Origin: Pseudoalteromonas tetraodonis
GTDB taxonomy: Bacteria; Pseudomonadota; Gammaproteobacteria; Enterobacterales; Alteromonadaceae
Length of the DNA: 32,000 bases
Assembly (NCBI RefSeq): GCF_002310835.1
Contig: NZ_CP011041.1
Coordinates: 510,001 to 542,000, forward strand
Direction: 5' to 3'
Shown here: positions 9,101 through 15,504 of the stretch, piece after piece
Numbering within the stretch: position 1 is the stretch's first letter
Layout of the letters: each line of letters starts with the position of its first letter
Position numbers and translations under genes: made by a program
The notes under the pieces: model-generated
Told to the model about the DNA's origin: nothing
The model's database searches: none
What the model saw: only the letters and a program-made list of their open reading frames with translations

Positions 9101-9318
9101 TTAATCATGCTTTGCTGCTTGATAATTAGGTGCTCAGTGATAGAGCGCACTTTTTTCTCGTGCTCTTTAATAGCCGCGTCACGACTAAACCACAAGGTTA
9201 CTAAAATGACAGCAGCTACAGGCATGCAAATTAGCATAAGTAGTCGATAAAGCTGATGTTTTAATGATGCAGTAAAAATAATCGTATCCAAATAAATATA
9301 GGGTAAAACTCTGACCAA
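6199..9318 (-). CDS. Sensor diguanylate cyclase/phosphodiesterase: TM - double Cache-like periplasmic domain - TM - HAMP - PAS - GGDEF - EAL
   Basis: This ORF is 1039 aa. The GGDEF motif is intact (RIGGDEF, 7249-7263). The EAL-domain motifs are present: EGL at 6871-6879, plus DDFGTGYSSL, KIDKRF, EGIET and QGYLFSKP. A PAS block reads SEGMAITDENGVIYDVNPAF. The Cache-like segment is bounded by two hydrophobic helices. The start is uncertain: the track start at 9318 is a TTG, and the first ATG is at 9237 (MLICMPVAAV...). Confidence 0.9.
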   Translation of the reverse strand: MVRVLPYIYLDTIIFTASLKHQLYRLLMLICMPVAAVILVTLWFSRDAAIKEHEKKVRSITEHLIIKQQSMINDVEHITEFLAKKQKDIKSLSSRCPSYFLDVKALNGNIANIGLVNKDGDLICSSNNGAPNINVSDRPYFKNALASKEFSIGHFQHDRSLEAQSINFASPILNENNDIEGVIVTVIALDWWSSALNSLNLPTEVRVAITDSNNLILANSPFSADRLGYKLEEFDLEHNLQAGVIFKGKDGIRRVFHQTTLYRDGNDNKLSIYITQPIDKTLERIDINFVKMVLGFLMTILLLAVLARRLVNKSILNPIKSLTQAVNRLAAGNMPHDDEQPNSPELNRLYHRFKYMAETRLTAEACLKHKHDELNSLLNALPDAFLRVDANGNILDTGGRIKSLNYSHSTPPKKLSCLFSDANLKQVQGYLIPLNAPVTVELEHKQDNHFYEAKISPMKKADEFIIVISNITQRKQNQESLHLASLVYNNSSEGMAITDENGVIYDVNPAFCETTLYSRKEVLNQTIGILSSGKHDKQFYNYMWQSLNKTGRWQGEITNRRKNGELYVEWLTIDTIYDKNKAPTSRIAIFTDLTEKKQADELIWRQAHFDHLTDLPNRLELKERLNLRFANLTNADQKLVIMLLDIDHFKDINDTLGHHYGDRLLKLVSERIVQTAKEADFVARIGGDEFVVVFSDLHGSDNIKQMAKSLLLSLASTIFIEDEKVYISASIGIACAPDDGQNPEQLLKAADQAMYKAKNSGRNGFEFFSHDMREDANARMQLLKELRSAIELEQFELYYQPIVSLDDLHVHKAEGLIRWQHPEKGLISPADFIPLAEETRQINALGQFVFAEALQTLNDIKKHIQDEFQISINVSPVQLATVDSGIDEWYDMLATANIPASAIVAEITEGLMVNPEELTQSRLKALVKSGMQLALDDFGTGYSSLAYLQEMDTDYLKIDKRFVDNIQKGSQELALCEAIIMMAHQLGLKVIAEGIETKLQMDLLLEAGCDYGQGYLFSKPLHKASFMQLITTNQVISLK

Positions 9319-9479
9319 TAATTCTACTATAAATAACCTTTAATGTACTAAGGTTATATCGCAAATATTAAATTTACTTTTATTGTATATAACTGAAATT
9401 TATTAATTAATTTTCGGGTAGAGTCATAATAATAAATTAATATTTTATACTTTTACTTAACCTATTTTAGGCAACAAAA

Positions 9480-10325
9480 ATGAAAATAACCAAAGTACTA
9501 ACTGCTTATGCTACCCAAGATGGGGATGGTGTTAATATTCGTCGTATTCCAGGATTTGATGGTAAATATTTAGATCCATTTTTAATGATAGATGAACTTA
9601 AATCTGACGATGAAAGTGATTATATTGGTGGCTTTCCTCCTCATCCTCATAGGGGGATCGAAACCTTTACCTATATTTTAAAAGGCGGGTTTGAACATCA
9701 AGACCAAATGGGTAACAAAAAGGCGATTCGTGCGGGTGACGTACAATGGATGAGTACCGGTAGCGGTGTTATGCACAGTGAAATGCCCCTTGCCGATGCT
9801 GAACAAGGCTTACATGGTTTTCAAATTTGGCTCAATATGCCAAGTGCTCAAAAAATGCGTGAGCCTCAATACCAAGATACCACAGAGCATCCAGCACCGA
9901 GTTTTACTAATCAACAAGGTGTTTCACTTAAAGCCTTAGCAGGTACATGGCAATTTGAATCACACCAATTGGCTGCAAGCTTACAAAATTTAGCTGCTAA
10001 TGGTGCTATAGCTGATGTAGCTTTGCCTGCGGGTGAAGGGCTTAATTTACCGGCTTTAAAACAGCAAAAAGTGATGATTTATATTCATACAGGCTCATTA
10101 ATATCTCAGACCGGTGACGTATTTAATGCGGGTAATTTGCTTATATTAGAACCATTGAGTGACATTGCATTGCAGGCAAAGAAAACGGCGGGGGTCCTTA
10201 TTTTAGCAGGCGATCCACTTAACCAGCCAATTGCGCACATGGGACCTTTTGTGATGACCACCGAGGCTGAAATTCGCCAAGCTGTTAGCGATTATCAAAA
10301 TGGTTTTTTTGGCTCATTGTCGTGA
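9480..10325 (+). CDS. Pirin family protein (bicupin)
   Basis: This 281-aa ORF has the pirin N-terminal cupin signature GFPPHPHRGIETFTYILKG..EHQD..GN......GDVQWM..G.G..HSE. Confidence 0.9.
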   Translation: MKITKVLTAYATQDGDGVNIRRIPGFDGKYLDPFLMIDELKSDDESDYIGGFPPHPHRGIETFTYILKGGFEHQDQMGNKKAIRAGDVQWMSTGSGVMHSEMPLADAEQGLHGFQIWLNMPSAQKMREPQYQDTTEHPAPSFTNQQGVSLKALAGTWQFESHQLAASLQNLAANGAIADVALPAGEGLNLPALKQQKVMIYIHTGSLISQTGDVFNAGNLLILEPLSDIALQAKKTAGVLILAGDPLNQPIAHMGPFVMTTEAEIRQAVSDYQNGFFGSLS

Positions 10326-10347
10326 TAAATCGATGCGCGAATGACTT

Positions 10348-10590
10348 TTAAGCAAGTAGCTTTAATAACCAAGTGTATTTTTTTATCGTGTTAGCATCAC
10401 CTTTAGCAGACTCAACTACAGCGCCAGCTGCAAACGCACTGGCGAGCCCCACTTTTGTTGCTGCAAAGCGTTTGGCTCTGTATTTTATAGCTGCAAGATG
10501 CTGACGTTTTAGCTCTGATCGCATAACAACTTCTTTATCTAGCTGTTGCACGCGAGCGTTCGGTGAGTTGATCAAATAATTGATTAACAT
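10348..10590 (-). CDS. yqjK: YqjK-like small protein
   Basis: This 80-aa ORF is the third gene of a yqjD-yqjE-yqjK-like operon. It has a charged N-terminal half followed by a hydrophobic/Gly-Ala segment. The assignment rests mainly on context and size. Confidence 0.5.
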   Translation of the reverse strand: MLINYLINSPNARVQQLDKEVVMRSELKRQHLAAIKYRAKRFAATKVGLASAFAAGAVVESAKGDANTIKKYTWLLKLLA

Positions 10591-10603
10591 AATAGTGTGT
10601 GCC

Positions 10604-11044
10604 TTATAATTTAAGCAGCTGCCTTAGGCTATTTAGCGTTTTAGTAAAGCCAATTTTTTTGCTTAGATAAACGGCGTTTCGCCACAGCCAAACTAAGCAT
10701 AAAATTTGTAGGCTGATCACCACTGCAATGCTCAGCCAGATAGAGCTAAACAGATCAAAGGTGGCAAAGCCTACAATACCTAAAAACCCCACCCACAGTA
10801 ACACCAAGCCACTGGCAAAACATCCTAGTAGAATGGTGATCAGTGCTAAGGATCTTAGCGATAGCTTCCACTCTGCTATTGCCAGCTGATGTGTCAACTT
10901 TCCTTGTTGATGATAATCATCCTTGAGCTGCGCTGCATAGTCAGCAAGCTTAGCAACATGATCTTGCCAGTCATCGGCGTGTTTTGCCGATGACGGCGAA
11001 TCTGTCCCTTGTGATTCACTTGGTGTTGAGTGTTGGTTTTGCAT
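10604..11044 (-). CDS. yqjE: YqjE-like membrane protein (phage holin 3_6 / DUF1469-type family)
   Basis: This 146-aa ORF has two long hydrophobic helices after a polar N-terminus. It sits between the yqjD-like and yqjK-like genes, as in E. coli. Confidence 0.6.
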   Translation of the reverse strand: MQNQHSTPSESQGTDSPSSAKHADDWQDHVAKLADYAAQLKDDYHQQGKLTHQLAIAEWKLSLRSLALITILLGCFASGLVLLWVGFLGIVGFATFDLFSSIWLSIAVVISLQILCLVWLWRNAVYLSKKIGFTKTLNSLRQLLKL

Positions 11045-11049
11045 TAGTA

Positions 11050-11367
11050 TTACTTACGACGAAACAGTGCTGTAACTAACATACCAGCAGCAAACGCCAG
11101 ACCCGCCGTTGCTAATGGGTTTTCTGATGCGAGTTGACGCGTTTTAGACGAACACTCTGCTAGTTTCTCACGAGCGGCTAACTGCTTTTCATTAAGCGTT
11201 TCAGCTGAGCTGCTTGCGCCTTTACGAACACCATTTTCAGCTACCGCCGCTTTACTTGATAATGCATCAACTGCGTCATGCGCTGCTGATGTCGCTTTAT
11301 CTGTTAGCGGTGCTTCAATCTCTTGTTTTGCATCAATAGGAGTTTTGCTCTTTGTTGCCGTAGCCAT
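11050..11367 (-). CDS. yqjD: DUF883 family (YqjD/ElaB/YgaM-type) ribosome-associated, C-tail-anchored membrane protein
   Basis: The C-terminus ENPLATAGLAFAAGMLVTALFRRK matches the DUF883 ENPW..G..A..G...G.LL.RR anchor. The track start (11373) is a TTG. The ATG at 11367 has an AAGGA Shine-Dalgarno 6 nt upstream, so I use it. Confidence 0.8.
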   Translation of the reverse strand: MATATKSKTPIDAKQEIEAPLTDKATSAAHDAVDALSSKAAVAENGVRKGASSSAETLNEKQLAAREKLAECSSKTRQLASENPLATAGLAFAAGMLVTALFRRK

Positions 11368-11820
11368 AATCAATCCTTAATAGATTTTTAAAAGTAATTA
11401 TTTAGATGCAATGATTAAACCAGTCTTTAACCTGTTGTTTTATATGAATTGTATTTTATTTACGAATTTTGAGTGGGTTTATAGCTGTAACTATTGCGAC
11501 AACAGTTTGTAATTTTTACAAACTAGGACGTGTTGATCATTCGAGATTGATTTTTTCTTTGTCCACTCAGTTACAAACCTCGCGACGCGATTAAACCGCA
11601 TCTAGTTTGACCAAACTCTAATTCACAAAGGTCAGCAGGGCTCAAATAAATTGTAATTATTCACTGTTTATTCATTAAGCAAATAATGCCAACGAGCTAA
11701 TAAAAAGCACGATAAAAAATTTTTTACTGGCTGATCAGATTTTTTATTAAACAATTCAACCGCTTTAATCGGAGCCTTATTTTTTCAGGCTTCGCGGGGT
11801 GCTAAAGCTGGGTGACTTAC

Positions 11821-11850
11821 TTGACAAAAAGGCTTGTCAAGCCCTAAACT
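11821..11850 (+). promoter_or_regulatory. Candidate sigma70 promoter of the dcw cluster (Pmra-equivalent)
   Basis: A consensus -35 TTGACA (11821-11826) is followed by an 18-bp spacer and a -10 TAAACT (11845-11850). It lies about 90 nt upstream of the mraZ ATG. A/T tracts upstream, such as AAAAAATTTTTT near 11725, could act as an UP-like element. Confidence 0.45.
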
Positions 11851-11893
11851 GGAGCACTGTGGTAAAAAGTGGTGTTTAGTGGATCAAACTGGA
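11849..11893 (+). promoter_or_regulatory. Array of five direct NTGGW boxes with exact 10-bp phasing: putative MraZ operator
   Basis: The boxes are CTGGA (11849), GTGGT (11859), GTGGT (11869), GTGGA (11879) and CTGGA (11889). Each is a 5-nt box followed by a 5-nt spacer. E. coli MraZ is reported to bind TGGGN direct repeats with 5-nt spacers at Pmra. Confidence 0.55.
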
Positions 11894-11941
11894 TCGGGTT
11901 AATCAAAAAGTTGATTAAAATAAATTTACAATAGGCTTTTT

Positions 11942-12400
11942 ATGTTTCGTGGCGCAAGTTCACTGAGTTTGGATGATAAAGGACGTTTTGCGGTACCGAC
12001 AAAGTACCGAGATACGCTATTGTCTGAAGATCAGGGAACGGTAATTTGCACAGTTGCACTCAATGAGCCTTGCCTTTGGTTATACCCTCTTGCTGAATGG
12101 CTAGAAATAGAAAGCCGTTTAGCAAAAATATCTAATATGAATCCTAGAGCACGACGGATGCAACGTATGTTGTTAGGTAATGCGACAGAATATCAGCTTG
12201 ATAAAAACGGTCGAATTTTGTTGGCGCCTTCATTGCGCTCACATGCAGAACTTGGCAAAAAAATTATGCTGGTGGGTTTAATGAATAAATTTGAAATTTG
12301 GGATGAAGCACGTTGGCACGAGCAGATGCGCCAAGACACTGAGCTTGAAAGGCTCGGTGATTTTGAACCGAATGACGATTTAGATAACTTCACCCTCTAG
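11942..12400 (+). CDS. mraZ: Transcriptional regulator MraZ
   Basis: This 152-aa ORF begins MFRGASSLSLDDKGRFAVPTKYR, which is highly similar to E. coli MraZ. It is the first gene of the dcw cluster. Confidence 0.97.
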   Translation: MFRGASSLSLDDKGRFAVPTKYRDTLLSEDQGTVICTVALNEPCLWLYPLAEWLEIESRLAKISNMNPRARRMQRMLLGNATEYQLDKNGRILLAPSLRSHAELGKKIMLVGLMNKFEIWDEARWHEQMRQDTELERLGDFEPNDDLDNFTL

Positions 12401-12428
12401 CAGCAAAATAAAAGGCAAATAACAGCTA

Positions 12429-13367
12429 ATGACAGCGCAATTTGAACACGTATCCGTATTAATGGACGAAACCATAGATGCACTTGCAATTAAGCCAGAC
12501 GGCATATACATGGATGGTACCTTTGGACGTGGCGGACATTCAGGGCAAATATTAGCGCGCTTAGGTGAAAGCGGTCGTTTGCAGGCCATTGACCAAGATC
12601 CACAAGCGATAAAGTCTGCTGAAAAGTTTGCTGATGACCCGCGTTTTTCAATTGCTCATTCTCGTTTTTCAAAGTTATACGAGGTAGCTGAGCAAAACGA
12701 TCTTATTGGTCAGGTTGATGGCATTTTACTTGATATTGGTGTGTCGTCGCCGCAGCTAGATGACGCAGCGCGTGGCTTTAGCTTTATGAAAGATGGTCCG
12801 CTCGATATGAGAATGGATCCAAGTACAGGTCGCAGCGCAGCGCAGTGGTTAGCTGAGGCTGAATTAGATGACATTACTCATGTGATCAAAAAGCTAGGTG
12901 AAGAAAAATTTGGTAAGCGCATTGCGCACAAAATTTTAGAAGTGCGTGAACACACGCCAATCACTACCACTAAGCAGCTCGCTGATTTAGTCGATGAAGC
13001 CGTACCGGTGAAAGATAAGTTTAAACACCCTGCAACGCGGACTTTCCAGGCTATTCGTATTTATATCAATAGCGAATTAGAGGAAATTCAAACGGCATTA
13101 CAAGCGGCGATTAAAGTTCTTAAGCCGGGTGGTCGCTTAGTGGTTATTTCGTTTCATTCTTTAGAAGATCGCATTGTTAAACAATTTATTAAAAAACAGA
13201 GTAAGGGAGAAGCGATACCCAGAGGTCTGCCTTTAACCGACGCACAAATAAATAAAAATCTGACGTTAAAAGCAGTGGGTAAAGCTATTAAACCAAGTGC
13301 TGATGAAGTGGCGCGTAATCCACGCTCTCGCAGCTCAGTGCTAAGGATCGCACAGAGGTTGGGATGA
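12429..13367 (+). CDS. rsmH: 16S rRNA (cytosine1402-N4)-methyltransferase RsmH (MraW)
   Basis: This 312-aa ORF has the motifs [27 protein letters not shown] and [11 protein letters not shown]. It is in the canonical position after mraZ. Confidence 0.97.
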   Translation: MTAQFEHVSVLMDETIDALAIKPDGIYMDGTFGRGGHSGQILARLGESGRLQAIDQDPQAIKSAEKFADDPRFSIAHSRFSKLYEVAEQNDLIGQVDGILLDIGVSSPQLDDAARGFSFMKDGPLDMRMDPSTGRSAAQWLAEAELDDITHVIKKLGEEKFGKRIAHKILEVREHTPITTTKQLADLVDEAVPVKDKFKHPATRTFQAIRIYINSELEEIQTALQAAIKVLKPGGRLVVISFHSLEDRIVKQFIKKQSKGEAIPRGLPLTDAQINKNLTLKAVGKAIKPSADEVARNPRSRSSVLRIAQRLG

Positions 13368-13690
13368 GTAAAAAAGCGAGCTATCGCCAACCCAATTTAT
13401 TTCTTGAAATAATTAAAGGCCTAGGTGCGAACAAGATCACCTTGGCCTTGTTGGTTGTGATATTCGCATCAAGCTTGAGTGTGGTGCAAGTAACTCATCT
13501 CTCTCGAGCGCAATTAATTGAGCAAGATTCGTTGCTCCAAGAGCGTGACGAATTGGATTTAGAATGGCGTTATTTTTTAGTGGAAGAAGAGTTTTATTCA
13601 CAACATGCGCGCATTGAAGAAGTGGCAACGTCACAACTCGAAATGAAGCGGCCAACCAGCCAAGATGAGCAGGTAATTATATTACAATGA
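13364..13690 (+). CDS. ftsL: Cell division protein FtsL
   Basis: This 108-aa bitopic protein has a single TM helix followed by a coiled-coil-like region. It has ATGA overlaps with rsmH upstream and ftsI downstream, and it is in the canonical position. Confidence 0.85.
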   Translation: MSKKASYRQPNLFLEIIKGLGANKITLALLVVIFASSLSVVQVTHLSRAQLIEQDSLLQERDELDLEWRYFLVEEEFYSQHARIEEVATSQLEMKRPTSQDEQVIILQ

Positions 13691-15504
13691 GAATGCGAGG
13701 CAAAAAACCAGTCAATAACCTAATAGCATGGCGCTTTATTTTAGTGTGCGCGGTGATTTTTTTAGTGTTTGTGACCTTGGTATCGCGTGCTGCGTACTTG
13801 CAAGTAATTGAACCTGATAAAGCGCGCTCTGAAAGCGATAAACGTACGGTACGGATTGAAAAACTGCATGTGCAACGCGGGATGATTTTCGATCGTAACG
13901 GTAAAGAGCTTGCCGTTAGTGTGCCTGTGGTAAGCGTGTATGCGGATCCTAAAGCCCTGCATAAATCACTGGTTAGTAAAGTACTTAGGCAAGCACGCAA
14001 AAACGGTGAAGATCAGCAAACGCTTCGTGAAAATGTTGCTGAGTTAAATAAGCGTACCGCCCTGTATTATAAAAATGATTTACGCTGGCGTGAATTGGCT
14101 GATGTGTTGCGCATTGAGCCTAGTAAAATTAACACGCGATTACTTGATGATCCTACTCGTCGCTTTGTGTATTTAAAACGCCAAGTGACTCCCGCTGTGG
14201 CTAATTACATCGGTGATTTACGCCTACCTGGTATTCATTTATTGGATGAATCAAAACGTTATTACCCTGCTGGTGAAGTAAGCGCACATGTTATTGGGTT
14301 TACCAATATTGATGGTAAAGGCATTGAGGGCATAGAAAAGCTTTATGAAAACGCGTTAACCGGTGAAGAAGGTCGCCGTACCATTCGCAAAGATGCGCAA
14401 GGGCGTGAAGTTGAAGTGCTTGATGAACGCGAGCGAGTAGAGCCTGAAAGCATTCAACTAAGTATTGATCAGCGAATTCAAGCCATTGCCTATAAAGCAG
14501 TTAAATCAGCGGTATTAACTTATAAAGCGACCTCAGGTTCTGCCATGGTAGTAGATGTTAAAACCGGTGAAGTCTTGGCCATGGTCAATAGCCCATCATT
14601 TAATCCTAACAACTTAAGCGGGGCGGCTCCTCATAAACGTCGTAACCGCGCTATTACCGATTTGTTTGAACCCGGCTCAACTGTTAAGCCTCTAGCCATT
14701 TTAGCTGGATTAGACTACGGCACAATCCAACCGGATGACAAAGTTGATACCTACCCAGGCTGGATGCGCTTAGGGGGCAGCTTAGTACAAGATACCCGTA
14801 ATCATGGCGAAATGACGCTGCGCGAAATTTTAAAATACTCCAGTAATATGGGAGTAACCAAAATAAGCCAAACAGTACCCAAAGAGTACTTTGTGGGCCT
14901 GTATCAAAAAGTGGGGTTTGGCAGTGATAGTGGTACTGGCATGGTAGGCGAAAGTAGTGGCTTATTTTACCCTAATCGCCGTTGGTCAGATCATGAAATT
15001 GCAGCGCTCTCGTTTGGTTACAATATTGCCGTGAGTACCGCGCAAATGGCACGTTTTTACGCCATGTTAGGGGCTGGCGGGGTTAATCGTCCGCTTACTG
15101 TACTAAAACAAGATTCTATACCTGAAGGTGAGCGTGTCTTTCAACAAGAAGATGTTGAAGCCGTTGTACACATGATGGAAAGCGTATTTGAAGAAGGCGG
15201 TACCGCACGCCGCGTTAAAGTGGATGGTTACCGCGCTGCTGGTAAAACAGGCACCTCTAAAAAAGCCGCCGCAGGGGGCTATGGTGACGAATATGTAGGT
15301 TATTTTGCGGGCATTGCTCCTGCGAGTAACCCGCGATTAGCCGTTGTGGTATTAATCAACGAGCCCGGTGGAGATGTTTATTATGGCGGCGCAACAGCAG
15401 GTCCAGCGTTTGCAGAAATAATCTCTAATTCATTAAGAATTTTAAACGTTGCCCCAGACAAAGACTCGGTGGCATACGTGAAGGGCAAAGATGATGGTGC
15501 GTGA
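13687..15504 (+). CDS. ftsI: Peptidoglycan D,D-transpeptidase FtsI (PBP3)
   Basis: This ORF is 605 aa. It has an N-terminal TM anchor and the penicillin-binding motifs STVK (GSTVKP), SSN (YSSNMG) and KTGT. Confidence 0.95.
   Translation: MRMRGKKPVNNLIAWRFILVCAVIFLVFVTLVSRAAYLQVIEPDKARSESDKRTVRIEKLHVQRGMIFDRNGKELAVSVPVVSVYADPKALHKSLVSKVLRQARKNGEDQQTLRENVAELNKRTALYYKNDLRWRELADVLRIEPSKINTRLLDDPTRRFVYLKRQVTPAVANYIGDLRLPGIHLLDESKRYYPAGEVSAHVIGFTNIDGKGIEGIEKLYENALTGEEGRRTIRKDAQGREVEVLDERERVEPESIQLSIDQRIQAIAYKAVKSAVLTYKATSGSAMVVDVKTGEVLAMVNSPSFNPNNLSGAAPHKRRNRAITDLFEPGSTVKPLAILAGLDYGTIQPDDKVDTYPGWMRLGGSLVQDTRNHGEMTLREILKYSSNMGVTKISQTVPKEYFVGLYQKVGFGSDSGTGMVGESSGLFYPNRRWSDHEIAALSFGYNIAVSTAQMARFYAMLGAGGVNRPLTVLKQDSIPEGERVFQQEDVEAVVHMMESVFEEGGTARRVKVDGYRAAGKTGTSKKAAAGGYGDEYVGYFAGIAPASNPRLAVVVLINEPGGDVYYGGATAGPAFAEIISNSLRILNVAPDKDSVAYVKGKDDGA

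Noticed and set aside
10604-11044. A 'phage holin family' protein as evidence of a prophage or lysis cassette
   Set aside because: There is no endolysin, spanin, integrase, or any structural or regulatory phage gene nearby. The gene sits in the conserved chromosomal yqjD-yqjE-yqjK context, so the holin-family resemblance reflects fold and topology only.
11408-11509. A 33-codon sORF (MIKPVFNLLFYMNCILFTNFEWVYSCNYCDNSL) in the yqjD-mraZ spacer
   Set aside because: It has no Shine-Dalgarno sequence, lies in AT-rich sequence where short ORFs arise by chance, and has no recognisable peptide features. Sequence alone cannot support it.
11725-11745. A possible intrinsic terminator (CTGATCAG followed by ATTTTTT) upstream of mraZ
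   Set aside because: The palindrome is only 8 bp with no loop, so it cannot form a stable hairpin. The T-run is more likely part of the A/T-tract upstream region of the dcw promoter.
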